Assembly: GCF_964355755.1 (NCBI RefSeq)
Contig: NC_092672.1
Coordinates: 26,170,437-26,234,436 of the forward strand
Source of the DNA: Antedon mediterranea
Taxonomy: Eukaryota > Animalia > Echinodermata
Length of the DNA: 64,000 nucleotides
Reading direction: 5' to 3'
Positions 38,601 through 51,664 of the stretch are shown one piece after another; the stretch's first letter is position 1, and the number at the start of each line of letters is the position of its first letter. The notes under the pieces are model-generated. The model was not told the origin of the DNA, did no database searches, and was given only the letters and a program-made list of their open reading frames with translations. The translations under genes and the position numbers were made by a program.

Positions 38601-40557
38601 TTATATTATTATTATATTATTATATTTGACTAATAGTTCAAAGGTCAATAGTTGTAGAATCGGCCATTTTTTGTAAAAACATTTCATTATAATAAATATG
38701 AATGTATAGTTTCTGAACAATTTGAGCCCTATTTCGTGTCTCTCCGATTATTGGTTACTGAGATACGATAAATCAAGGTCAAAGGTCAAAATGTCAGAAA
38801 TACGACTTGCATCAATTTTTTGAGAAAATGTGTCATTAAAGTGAATATAAAACCATATATTTAAAACATTTTGACACCAAAATTAATTATCTGTGACTAG
38901 TGGTTCTCGAGATATAGGGTAATTATAAAAAATGGCCGCCATTTTTAATTATGCAAATTAAGGGCTTAGATGGCCGAATTTCGCTTGGGATCCGCCATAT
39001 TCGTAATCAGCGAGGTCGAAATATCCTAAACCAAGTGGATCCCAGCTTCTACCCAAAAATGCTTCTTGATTCGTTTTCTAGGCCGTTTTTTGAGAAATGG
39101 AACCTGTCTATAAGAGCTATTCTATCATACAGTCTGTGAATAGTGTTGAAGTGGATGGAAAGGGAAGATAAGTTGTGAAAATGTGTCTAGAGAAGGGGTG
39201 GGGCCAACCCTAGACATACAAAAGGGTGCCTGGAAGTAGGGGTTGGAAGGGGGGGGGGGAATGCCGGGATGAAGAAATATAAAAATAACGAGTATGTTGA
39301 CGATAATGTCGATGAAGAAAACAGATGATGAAGATGATGTAGGTTGTTGGTGCTGATGTTAATGGAGGAGTATGATGTTGATGGAGGAGTATGATGTTGA
39401 TGACGAAGAAGATGTACGTATGATGTTGATGGAAGAGTAGATGTTGATGATGATGATGTATGTTGTTGATGATGTTGATGGCCAGAGTAGATGTTGATGT
39501 AGATGATGATGTATTGTATGTTGTTGATATTGGTGAAGATCAAGTATGGTGTCGTTGAAAGATGATGATGTATGTTGTTGATGGAAGAGTTGATGTTGTT
39601 GATGATGATGATGTATGTTGTTGATGTTGATGAAGATCAAGTATGGTGTCGTTGAAAGATGATGATGTATGTTGTTGATGATGATGTTGATGGAAGAGTA
39701 CATGATGTCGTTGAAGCTGATGATGATGTTGTTGATGAAGACGATGTTGTTGATGATGATGTTGATGGAAGAGTATGATGTCGTTGAAGATGATGATGAA
39801 GTTGTTGATGAAGAGACGATGTTGTTGATGATAATGTTGATGGAGGAGTATGATGTCGTTGAAGATGATGATGTTGTTGATGATGTTGACGATGAAGATG
39901 ATGATGATATGACGTTATTGGTGATGATGTTGATGGAAGATGAGGATTATGATGCCAAATTTTCTTGATGAATATGAGATTGATGATGTTGGTAATAATT
40001 TCAATGTAGTTGATTGATAATGATGATGTTCCTGTTGATGATACAGTATATGCTGTTTTATGTCAATGATTTTGATGGTCTTGATTTATGATGAAGATGT
40101 TCAATGTTGATGATGACAAATATCAGTTTCAACTAATATTTGTTTAAATTGATACTAATTAACATAATTTGCTATTAGTTTCAGCGATATTTCATACAGT
40201 ACCTCTTTTCTGTTTTATCTGTCTGTTAGACCCATCCTTTTTAATTTCCTCCTTTGAAAGAGACGAGGCTGTATGTGCATTGTTATTGTTATCATTTGCT
40301 GATAATGACTGCAGCCTTAATTTTTTCTTAGTTTTTAAAACATCTTGCTTTTTTAACTTTATATCTTTTCCATGGTAGGTAAATCCCGGTGGTCGGACAT
40401 AGATCGGACCACTCGATGTACTGCTGCTGGGTGATAAGGGGGCTTTGCTATCATGATCGGATGCATCTCCTTCATCAGAACTTATACTGAGAGGTGCGGT
40501 TGGTCGCCTTTTGCCACCACTCCCATACCTCACCTCATCAGAATTTTGATCAGTCAT
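32679..40557 (-). CDS. Uncharacterised ~307-aa protein with a YAP/FAM181/PERCC1-type TEAD-binding motif
   Basis: Phase-consistent exons 40557-40203, 34367-34227, 33697-33517, 32925-32679. PMRRRALPQSFWQQP matches YAP PMRLRKLPDSFFKPP and the FAM181 LPxSFWxEP motif; LFRLF lies downstream. Confidence 0.8.
33967..34105. mobile_element. PIF/Harbinger-like MITE (AGCTCTGTCTACAC TIR); related copies 59392-59552 and ~61362-61493
   Basis: AGCTCTG(T/C)CTACACT..AGTGTAGACAGAGCT inverted termini repeated three times in the window. Confidence 0.65.
35655..36150. repeat. ~72-bp minisatellite in the left Academ arm
   Basis: Unit GATTATGATTATAGATTTAAAAAAGAATTTGAACACGTCAGCTACATTTGGAAATTACCTGCCATCAATATGATG in tandem. 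Confidence 0.9.
37068..37122. mobile_element. 55-bp hAT-like mini-MITE
   Basis: CAGGGAAGAGTTAAATTA...TAATTTAACTCTTCACTG TIRs with a perfect 8-bp TSD CTCATATC (37060-37067, 37123-37130), interrupting the Academ SY-LSGH codons. Confidence 0.85.
37650..38380. repeat. ~72-bp minisatellite in the right Academ arm (reverse complement, more units)
   Basis: Tandem CATCATATTGATGGCAGGTAATTTCC units. Confidence 0.9.
39290..40115. repeat. Degenerate (GAT/GTT)n low-complexity repeat with ~60-bp higher-order units
   Basis: Long GATGATGTT-rich tract; source of the spurious poly-M/D/H ORFs. Confidence 0.9.
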
Positions 40558-40959
40558 TTCTCAAAAAGAGTCACATTGCATTGAAATTAAAACAATAAAG
40601 AAGTAAAATATAATCCTCTGTTTAGCTCTTTACATTTCACATTTTCGTTTGATTTGATTCTTCTGTTTGATCTAATCGAATTTAGCATCGGACACTAACA
40701 TTAATGATTGAGGAGAGCAATTCCTCCGTATTGAAAATTCCGTCTCGTGCACACCAAACAACAGAGTCTAGTCTAGAGAGGTGGCTCATCAATATCAATG
40801 ACAATTATTGTTATCCATGGGCTCATCACAAAATGAAGTTGCATACATCTATACTATATCACCGTTTAATAGATACACAAAGACAATGTGTTGACAATCC
40901 ACTGTTCTATAATTTATATATTTTCATCTAATAATAAAACAAAGGATACATTTGCAAAA

Positions 40960-41200
40960 GATGAACAGTACAACGCAGCCATATTTTCATTTTTTCCGCG
41001 AGATGAGTGTTGTTGTGTATAAACAATTCAGTTACTAAGTCCTGAGTTTCAACTCTATGACCCTTAGCAATTAGATGATCTCAATTCTGATTGGTCAATG
41101 ATAACGTCATTAAGTTTAGTTGCTGACTTCACGGCTCACTGAACACGTCACACAATCCAACAACCGAGACGAAAAGTAACTTCACGCGATGATCCGCTGT
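40960..41200. promoter_or_regulatory. Putative bidirectional promoter
   Basis: Lies between divergent ATGs (40557 -, 41306 +). YY1-like GCAGCCATATTTT (~40975), CCAAT box CTGATTGG (~41088), CRE-like half sites ACGTCA (~41104, ~41145), locally more CpG. Confidence 0.5.
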
Positions 41201-41305
41201 GTTATAAAATTATTGTATTCATAATATAAATGTAAAGAAAGGCCAAACAAGAGCACAGAAGAGTTTACGAGTTTAATCTGAATTGGTAATATATAAATAT
41301 ATGTA

Positions 41306-44300
41306 ATGCCTAGATTGGTATGGTCGACTGATTATTCAGTTGTCTTTCAATGTTTAAAAACATCGTTTGCAGCCAAGCAATTTAGGCCTGCTGTACGCTG
41401 TTTGCGAACGAAAACACCGGCGTTAGAAGCGGCCAGGTTGTCGCCTTGTCTTTCTGCTACTAGTGCTTGTATATTTCAGAAGTTCCAGCCTAGGCCTAGA
41501 AGATTTTTTTCTCAAGTATCGTGGAACCTTGATGATTGGGTAGTGAAAATGATGCATGAAGACCACGATGAATGTGACGTGCAAATCTGCAGGTATGATT
41601 AGACTAGCCTACTACTAACTAAGGCTAGTTAGTAAGTTAGGCTTATTTATTTTCAGTATTGACTATTGTATTGGTCATTTTTTGTTTTGAATCTAGGCCT
41701 AGCTAGTTAGGCCTATTGTAATTAACGTGCATCATTAGACATGGATTTACATTTGTTCTGTCTGTATGTTTGTTTTTGTTTTTTATATTGCAAAATAATT
41801 GGTCAACAAATGGGCTTTTATCCATGGCTCCACATTGTGTTTATTATGTTGCTTGTTTTGTTGAGCATACTGTACATTTAGTCTAGTTTACTGCACTAAC
41901 TGCGGGTCAGTCTAATTACCGAAAACAACCAAAAATAACCGAAAACAAACCAAAAACAAAATAGAAAAATCTAAATACAGAAAACAAATTTGTATAATAT
42001 TTTTGTTAATGTCGCCCTCTACTGATGGGTGTTTTTAAAGCTAAGACCATGTAGAGAGAAAACCGCGCACGCAAATGCCAAGGAAGATCCTACCAAATGG
42101 TAGTGTGCACAAAATACAACTCAAAATTGTACAAATTCATTGCGTTTTCGTCACTTACAATAATGCACTTGTTAATTGCATGACCCACTATACCACCCCC
42201 GGGAGAGGTCATTTATCCGATGTGCGTCATACCTTATGAATACCATGACGCATCTGTACGGAAATTGACACACCATCGTTTTTTTACGTACCCCTGCATC
42301 AGTAATTATTTGTAATACGGGGGTCGTATAGTGGGTCATACAATTGACAAATGTGCATAAGTTAATACTGAAGTGCAGATTAAGGATAAAAAAGTTATTT
42401 TATAACTACGGTAATTTTTACAGATTTTATTGTGAATCCTTTTTTTAAGTATTTATAGTCCGTAATGTTATCAATATTCTTAAAATATCATTTTTGTATT
42501 ATTATCTTTGAAAATCTATAATTAAGTTGATCATGATTAACGTACTCACAATTAATTTGAGGAGTACAGTACATGCGTTGGTTTCTGGATCTAAAATTGA
42601 AAGACTAAAATCAAAATATGTAAAGATTCTGTAAGTAAATGCGGTGTTATCATTGATTGATTGTACGATTTTTAATTGTATTTTATGCACACTTACCATT
42701 TCGTAAGGTCTTCCTTGGCTTTTGCGCACTCTTCTCTGGCATGGTCTTAGCTCTAGAAACACCTATCAGTAGAGGGTAACATTTAAAGCAAATTATACAA
42801 ATTTGTTTTCGGTATTTAGATTATTTCTTGTTTGTTTTCGGTTGGTTTTCGGTTGTTTTCGGTTGTTTTCGGTTATTAGACTGACCGCTAACTGCAACTT
42901 GGTGTGGCTCTATTCACTTATCAAACAATAGTGAGCTATTTCCCTTATAAAAAATTGTTTACATTGTTTTAATGCCATTTTAATGTCATTGTCACATTTA
43001 TAGTTAACTGTCATTTAAAGCAACAATAGTCAAATTATCTGTCAGGTTTCTGGTTAAATTTAACCGTTTATTTTTTCTACGGAAGTGAATAACTGCATTG
43101 ATGGCCTACAGTATATAAAGTCTGATTTTATTAATCTTTATTTTTCATGTTTGTTGGAACAATACATCTTAATAGTAATAAATATTTCACTGAAGTCAAA
43201 AGATATCACTTAACCAAAATCTTTTTCTGACAAACAAATTGACTATTTTTTGCTTGAAGGTAATCCTTATTGGTAAGTTAAGCTGAAATAAAAATTTCTG
43301 AAGATGTGAGTCAAATGTTGTATTTTGCAGATTAATGAAACCAGATGATGCAAATATTGCTGGCAATGTGCATGGTGGTATCATCTTGAATATGATTGAA
43401 GAAGCGGGAATTATTGCCAGCACAAGACATTGTAACAACCCATCTCACAAGGTATGATGTCATGGACAGACGAACATTGATGTTTCCAGTATTGCCCGAG
43501 AAACATCTTTCCATTCGTATTAATATTTTTACTTGTCATAAATACAGTTGAAATCCATTTAAAATGTCCAGATCATCTGGACGTGTACAGTCGTATGTCC
43601 ACCAACAAAACCCCTTGACCTTTGTGGAGACCATCCACAATATCCATATGGCCTAAACCATTAAAAAAAGCAGCGCTAACATTTTGAATGCCCAGTATCG
43701 TCTTTTGTTATTTGTTTGTTTTAATGTTTTAGGTAGTCGTGCCTCGTAGATTTACGTTTGTTCTGTCTGTGTATGTTTTGTTTGTTTTATATGGAAAAAA
43801 TAATTTTTGAATGCCCAGTAGAACAATTACGGATGGCGCACATTACTGTAGGTTGATCAAATGTGATCAGTCAATGACAGCCTAGCTTTGTGTTGTGTGT
43901 GGGGTTACTGTCACTGTCTAACAAAAATTTACGCACAAAATGAAACATAACAAAATTACATTCATGATGATGTGATAATTAATCTCAACAACAACAATCC
44001 TCCAATCAAATGACAAGAATCTATAATTAGCTGTGTTATTCAGACCTTTATTTGAACTTTGTTTATGACGTCAGCAATTTTTAAAATTCTATCATAAATT
44101 CACAATTTTTCAATGAAACTCAACAAAAGTATACATCATAATGGGAAAACTTCCTTAAAAAAAACATACAGTAACCGATTACTAGTATGTTTGATATATT
44201 ACTCCCACATTAATAATAATAATGACGAATTTAAAAATGTAAAAATCAGTTAAATCAGGGAATGGTGAATCTGGTAAAATATGTATTCAATGAAGCACCC

Positions 44301-47300
44301 CACTTTGAATAAACACATCACCACATGCATGCAATATTGTTAACTAACTCGTTTCTATATGTAGTAGAATTCATTGACTTCCACGATCTACAATTTACCA
44401 AGTATTTTTACTGTATTTCATCACTTCTTGATATTAATTGTTTTGTATTTTATCTTTAAAATTTATTTAGGGAATTTATTTGATACATGTTACCATATTG
44501 CACCCAAAATAAGTAATCGCCCCCTTGAATAAACATGCTTGTGGTTACAGTACACTTAGAATTGTTCTTATTTTGGGATGGGTCTTTCTTAGTTTGAATT
44601 ACTATAAACTAGATGGTACGCTCGCTTCGCTCGCGTACCATCTAGGTCGTGCCCACAGATGGTTCTCGAATACATAATAATTTCAGCGTTAAAAAACTGG
44701 CGATTTCAAATGTACGTACCGCAGGACAATAATACATGTCGTTTACAGGAACGAATAAATAGACACTGTGATTTATGTACTGAACTAAAATTAGCACCCT
44801 GGGAATTACTTCCGAAAGAAAAACTTGTCACAAAATGAGACCAATTGTTTAAGTCAAATTTAAACAAACTTAATTTGTGTTTTGTATGTAACATTAGGGT
44901 TGAGGGATGGGAAAGAGGGATGGGAAAGAGGATGGGTGCAAAGAGGAACAATTGTTAAATATATTCTTTATCCATGTTAACGAAATATTAATTGTTTTCA
45001 TGTTTTACAAATAATATACCACTAAACACAGTAAAACATTGCGATGTAATACTTTGTTGAAACTATCACCGTCCTAGTCGATTGAAATAGTATAGTACAT
45101 GTAACGATACATCACTACGCCGTTTATAATATGTTTATATAATCAACAATTTGTGAAAACCACCCCTATTCGTGGCAAATCATAACTTTGATTTAATCGT
45201 CAATAAATATTACATTATCTAACTCAACTTAATTAGTAGGCCTAATGGTTTTCAATTGTTTCTTAGAGCCAATTCATACTTAAGTTGGTTCCTAACCCTA
45301 CCCACCAAAGTTGTTCTGCGTTTAGGGCATGTGATGCACCGTAGGCCTATCCTCTACTGGCTTTACAACGCTACTCATGCCAGTGGTGGGGGAAGGGTGA
45401 TGATGTCACGTGGGTGGTTTAACTGCAATAATAAAGATTTGTACATAATATACGGCGACTGAAAACGCTAGCTCATTATCCGTTAAAAAAAATCTATATC
45501 CAACCTCTGCAGCACAGATTGAAAAAAAAATGGATCGAATTTCTGTTATGAGTATACAGTACTTGCCTTTACGACGCTTGAGGGAATAGACACTTGTGGA
45601 ACAGAGATTGGAATGTTCCATTCATTTCAAATCAATACATTTGAATAAACGTATATTAAATCTATCAAAATAGTATTTTTTAAAGAAAATCGGCCTGTCT
45701 TCAACATTATGATACTGTACTCGAGCTGTTCAACCGGTTTTCAGCTATTAAAAACAATTATCGTAGGAGGAGATAGGAAAATGCGAAGCCTCCTCGCATT
45801 TTTGTGGCGGGTATTTTTCAAGATGGACATCCATTAGACAGTGTATACCACGATCGGGAAAACACCCCTATTTGGGGCAAATCGTTGAACCTAAATTCGT
45901 TTTAATCGTCAATAACTAATTATCTAACTTAATTTAATTAGTAAACAGGGTTACATCAGGTGGTTAAAATCAGTACCGAAAGTACGAACCAACTTTATAT
46001 ACCATCGAGTAAAAATTCTAAAAGTAAGGCGCGATTTACCGAATTTTGCCCTTACGTAAATTTATATATAGATATTATAGTTAATTGAATTCTTCATAAC
46101 CATTTCCATTTAATTCTACAACATCAGAATTTAAGTAAAAAAAAGAAAACCGGTTATAGGAGTGTTTACTATAACAAACAACTGGTTGTTCAGTAAAGAA
46201 TAGGGATGGGTCCCAACAATTGTTAAACATATTGAAGATTCTTATTGGATCAATAGGATTTTTGTACCTGCACCATGGCCTTTAAAATGTAATTTTAAGA
46301 CCTGTTTGGTTGGAGGCATGCGTCATCGACTGTGTTGCTTCTATCTCCCACAATCCACCACCTTTTATATGGTGATTGCGTTGATTATCTGCCCACTATT
46401 TTGTCTGTCTGCAGACCATGGTATCATATTTTTTTGTTTTAAGTTAAATGTTGTTATTTTATATACCTCCACCAAGAAGGTTATATTTTTGTCTGCAAAA
46501 TATATTTTATTGTGTGTTGTCTGATAGTCCATTTAAATAACAGTTAGATATATGGTCACGGAAGACTCCCAATTCTGAATTATTTTTAGACTGTGGACCA
46601 AATTGTAACTTTTTTGGTCAACTGAAAACTACATAAGTATGTAAAAATATCATTTTTATACCAATAATGATAATATGTTACATTAGACAACTCCCTGTAT
46701 TTTAAACAATAGAAATAAAAAAAAAAACAGAGCTTAATTATTTTTGAGTCAGCTTTGGCAGAGGTATTAAATCTTAATCTCATTACTAATAATAATTTTG
46801 TATGAGAGGGAAAAATCTGAAAAAAAGTGTTGTAACAATAAACTTCATGCCACATGGACTGTGTGGTATATAGTTTGTTTGTTAAATGTTATGTTTTATT
46901 TAGGATAAAGCATATGAGCCAAGTGCATCAGCTTTAGTAAGAGTTGAAACCACCGACTTTCTTCAACCAATGTACATCGGTGAACTTGCAGAACTACGAG
47001 GTATGGTAACATATACGGCACCCCACTCTGTAGAGGTCAAAGTCATAGTAACAGCGGAGAATCTGTTAAAAGGTAAGTATAGAGAACAGTAAATAGTTAT
47101 TTACTATTTTCAAATGTAAATAAATGAGAGTGAATACATTAGAAAAAAAAAAGCATGACTTATTTAAAAGCAAACTTATTTCAAAATGCTTGTTCTGCTT
47201 TAACATGAAAAGAGAAGGGGATTATTATCAATCTTAAAATGTTTATAATTTCTAATAAAAACATAATTTTTAAACCCGGAGCTACCTTTTCTTGGCATTG

Positions 47301-50300
47301 ATATTACTCGTCATATCGGTTTTTGTCCAGGGCGCCAGGAATGATAATACTCGTCAAAAATACTTAGAATGTTTGTAACCAGCATGTAATGTCATAGGAC
47401 ATCACAATTTCACTCTCTATAGTTCTGGGAAGATGCACCTAGATGATAATGTGAATATAATTTCCGTTTACGTTTATTGTAGAAAGTATTTAAAATCACA
47501 CATTGTGGTGGTGATTTCTGTTTTTAATAACTTGTTCTGGCATACATGACAGAAACTTAAAAGCGTCTAGCAACCAAAGAGTTTGTATAGGCTATGGAAA
47601 ATCTGAAAATGTTTAGAATAATTAATTTAAAAAATTCATGAAAAATACATTGTATGAACTGAATATTGTATACTAGGCTTATTAATCACTAATTTATCTT
47701 TTGTACACATACAGTATATATAATTTATTGTCCTTTCCCCTGCCGTGCCAAAATAAAATGTTTAGCATTCAACAAAGTGACCTCATAAAATTTAGTTCAT
47801 TTTATTATTTTCTAAATTGTTAACCCTTTTAGGTACAAAGCGTCTAACAAATTATGCAACCCTTTGGTACGTACCAATGAGTGCCGAAGTGGATTCAAAG
47901 GTTCTGTCCGTTCCGCCTCTAAATTACAAATCTAAGGAGGAAGAAGAAGAAGGTCGACTACGATACGAAGCACAAAAAGCACAACGAAGAAAGATTGGAC
48001 TCGGCGGTAGACCAAGTCTACTAATCAAGGATGATTATGACAAAAATGGTATGTTTTTATTTGGCTTTTGGCTTTTGTGTTTTATGTATGTCAATATTTC
48101 ATCTCCTGCACTCCCACTAAAATTCAATTTCTCTTGATATTTTTGGATAAACTAAAAAACGGTATGTATAAGTTCATAATTACTTCCTACTTTAGATGAA
48201 TTTTTAAAAATTGATTTTCAGTATTAGAGATCAGTCAGATATTTGTAATCAATGAATGCGTTGTAAAGTGAAATAATGAGTTAGCACAGCTTTTTCCGCC
48301 TTTAGCACGCCTGCCATGTTTACTATATATGCCAATATCATCATTAATTATGGTTTTATAATACAGTAGTAAAGTGACCATCTATAAATCATTCCGATAT
48401 TCCATTTATTTCCAAGTTGGGAGGTATATGTTATGATAAAGATTTGTTGATCTATCTTATTTAACAATTGATGCCAACCATATCTAATCAGTGATAACTA
48501 TGGATTACAAGTACAGTCTATGCCATAATTTTATTGACCTGTATTGTATTTCCACATATGACATAATATGTCCAGAGTTATAGGCAAATTCCATTATACT
48601 GTGTCATATGTATAACATCTGGCCCACCTGTATTATATGTTTAGGTTAGGCTTATGGCCTATGATACAGGCGTCAAATGTGATATTGTACATACAGTATG
48701 TAACACTGTATTAAAGAATTTACGAAAATTATAAATACACTACTGAGAATTACATTTCATTCATTTTTTCATTTTCACAACATATGATTTTGAATCTTTC
48801 TCACTAGCATTGCAAAAGTGACCTAAGCTGATTGCATCATAGGAATTCTCAGCCTGAAAATGTCGTCTTGACATTCAGTGTTCAAGAAACAACGCATAAC
48901 TTTGTTCACTACCATACTAGTTAATATTCCTTTTTATTTTGTTGTTCAGGTTCACCAGACCAGCTTTCTGTATCTTTCTCAAGCTCCTCTTTGATTCACC
49001 TGATTGGTCCATCTGACTGTAACTCATTTGGATATGCTACAGGTGGTGTCACCATGAAACTAATGGATGAAGTAGCGGGCTGTGTTGCAGCGAGGCATTG
49101 CCGAACTAATGTTGTCACGGCGTCAATGGATGCTACCAATTTCCATAAAAGGGTCAAACTTGGTAAAGTTTTTTTTACTATATCTTGTTTTTTAGGGTTA
49201 ACCAAAACAGTTTAAAACTGACAACCAAACAAAAATAACATTCAAAAGCACAATTTATCACACGTCACTATTTTCAAAACAAAATGTAAAATTACACACA
49301 CACTATAATGTCCTATTGTTTTAAAAAAATGTTACAATATAGAAAAAAATTTAAATTATTTTATAAGGATAAAAAAAGGCCATATGAATCCTATCTGCCC
49401 CTAGATTAATAATTAAAATTTATAATTTATATTATAAAGGATTATTTTTGTCCTAAGAGGAAAGGCAGACATGAGGTTAATTATGGGATAAATTAGGACA
49501 TTATAGGGGGCGCTATACAACCATGGACAATACTTGTATCAACAGTTTCCACCAAGCCGAATGTTTGTTCGAGTGGTATAGGTCTCACTCAGTCTGAAGA
49601 ACTGGAGCCCTTGGTTCGATGCCCATCAACATCATCTGTAGTTTAGAGAACATTTAAGGTTAGGTTCAGTTATATTAGGTAATAGGTCAGCTATTGTGTA
49701 ACTCTTAAAAAACAATTAGGTCTGTGCATTTTTCATGATATTGGATTTGGGAAACATCCATAAAAAATGTAATTTTCAAAATAGATCATTTAAATAAAAG
49801 ATTCCTTCCTTCCTTCAAGAACACATTTTCATAAAATTTAGGATTATTTTTTTTCAGGTAGTTTGTGTCACCTGACTGGCAGGGCTACATTTGCAAGTAG
49901 TCGCTCCTTAGAAATTGAGGTCATGGTGGACACAGAATATTTAATGGATGGGTCAAAGGTTAAGGAGAGGGCAGTACATGCGTTTTTTACATACGTGTCG
50001 TTAGGCCCAGATGGAAAGACACGACCTATACCACAACTTCAGGTGAGTGTCAAGTAAATCATTTCAATTAGGTTCATTTTGTTACATCAGCCAAATTTAA
50101 TATTCCGACATTTTCTATAGGAGTAGATTTTTTGTTGACCTTTTTTGACCTCCCTTATCCAATCATAGATCCACAATCAAATGTCCAACCAGTCAAATTA
50201 AATTCAATTTAACCGACCCTGTTATCCATTGATTCTGGGTAGCAAAATTTTTATTTTCATTAACTTTATGAAATAAAAAAAAAACTACCTACATCTGTCA

Positions 50301-51664
50301 AAAGTAGAGTAGAATTCCACAAATATGATTTGGATGTGAATTCACCTTGCATTTCTAAAAGGTATAATCTCTGTTACTACAGAGCCATATTTGGTACCTG
50401 GTTTTTAACCCTCATACTTTCTTTAACACAACATCAAGCATGACATTTATTATATGGTACATAAAACTACCATGAATATTTGAATATTTTTGAAAACATA
50501 ATATATCTATTTTTGACAGATTATTAATATAATATGTAATAGGGCTTTCCCATTTGAAAAATTCTGGATTTTCCCCTCTATAAGGAACAAGGCAAACAGC
50601 CATTAAGTCGCGTGCTACAATGCATAGTGATACCGGACCGACAGACAGACCGACAGACAGACAGACCGACCGACATAGTGAACTATACTGACCGAAATTA
50701 CTGAACATGTTTAAAAATGTTGAAATGTTTAAAAACATTTATATTTTTTTAATTTACACGTGCGTAGCTTTTGACGTGCTGGTATAACGTAATTTCGAGT
50801 TGAAAAGTAAGTCAAGAAAACAGAAATCGGGCAAAAAGAGTGCGGAACAACATTTAACGCGCAGTGCGCGGGCAAAAATATGCGCACTCATGGCAATTTT
50901 GTAAACGCTTAAAATTTCCTGAAACGTACTCTTATTTCATCGAAAATAAATTTTGAAAATTTTAAGCGCGCGTACGCATGCGTTACATGCGCTACGCACG
51001 TAATTGTATTGCCATATGATGATTTATGCCTTGAAATTTATGAGTCCCAAATTTTATTTAATTGTGATTCATGGTTGTGAAGATATGATTACAAACGTGA
51101 TTTCGTTAAATCGTGCGTAGACCGCGTAATTTTTTATTGCACATCGTGAAAACATAACCACATTGATTCCTGGCCATAAGGAATATACTGTGAAAAATTG
51201 ACCTAGCTAGATTAAACTGATATCAAGATAAGGTCAGAAAGCGATAAAACGCATAGTGATACCGGACCGACAGACAGACAGACAGACCGACCAACCGACC
51301 GACAAAGTGAACTATAGAGTCGCTTCCACGCGACTAAAAAACTAGTTTAAGCTCTGGATTGGCTTAATATTCACAAATAACAACATTTTGTCATAGGTGG
51401 CGTGTCATAACTATACTTTCACTGAAAGCTATTTTTTTTCGTAGGTCTGTGATGACTTTTTGCCATCACTTACCTATGCAGAAATAAAATAAAATTTCGA
51501 GTTAGAATACAAAAATTTAAAAAGTCAATTAGAAATGTTTTTATTTGTTTTTAAAGGTTCAGTCAGAGGGAGAGAATATTCGCTTTCAACAAGGTAAATT
51601 GCGATATGAACAGCGAAAACTAAAACGTGCTGCTGCAAACAAAAAGAAGGCTTCCACATCATAA
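41306..51664 (+). CDS. ACOT7: Cytosolic acyl-CoA thioester hydrolase (double hotdog fold)
   Basis: Exons 41306-41592, 43331-43451, 46904-47072, 47833-48048, 48950-49162, 49858-50042, 51557-51664 with consistent phases. VQICRLMKPDDANIAGNVHGG..EEAG..STRHCN; GGVTMKLMDEVAG..AARHC.TNVVTAS; FFTYVSL. Start codon uncertain. Confidence 0.93.
41904..42887. mobile_element. Non-autonomous DNA transposon with ~240-bp TIRs and 8-bp TSD (superfamily unassigned)
   Basis: GGGTCAGTCTAAT...ATTAGACTGACCG termini, TSD CTAACTGC (41896-41903 and 42888-42895), repeated CCGAAAACAA motifs in the TIRs, and an inner inverted pair ~42167-42201/42318-42355. Confidence 0.85.
44609..46072 (-). mobile_element. Non-autonomous Helitron
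   Basis: On the - strand it starts TCTATATATAAA, ends with a hairpin GCGAGCGAAGCGAGCG..CATCTAG, and sits between A and T with no TSD. Internal ~80-bp duplication at ~45160 and ~45862. Confidence 0.8.
50586..51340 (-). mobile_element. Full-length DINE-1/Helentron-associated (HINE-like) element
   Basis: - strand: TTTTTAGTCGCGTGGAAGCGACT 5' subTIR/stem, (GTCT/GTCG)n tracts, 3' CACGCGACT plus GGCTGTTTGCC hairpin and TTGTT end. Confidence 0.75.

Larger units (their letters stand above)
34929..39110 (+). mobile_element. Academ (AcademX-type) DNA transposon derivative rearranged into a foldback
   Basis: TAG...CTA termini (TAGACAAGTTCTATTTC / GAAATGGAACCTGTCTA) with 3-bp TSD TAA. Inverted arms 34962-~36520 and ~37296-39067. 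The spacer encodes decayed XPG-like motifs (DHEESDTRL, RDTDV, FHTISGCDTTSY); the arms contain the LPPT..QHIKRAHFQ..CGCK..CKKSKLPCTALCRC Cys-rich C-terminus. Confidence 0.85.

Noticed and set aside
39187-39968. His/Ser-rich and Met/Asp-rich ORFs
   Set aside because: Translations of a GAT/GTT low-complexity tract inside an intron.
49570-49630. tRNA or SINE head (A/B-box-like)
   Set aside because: Too degenerate to support a call.
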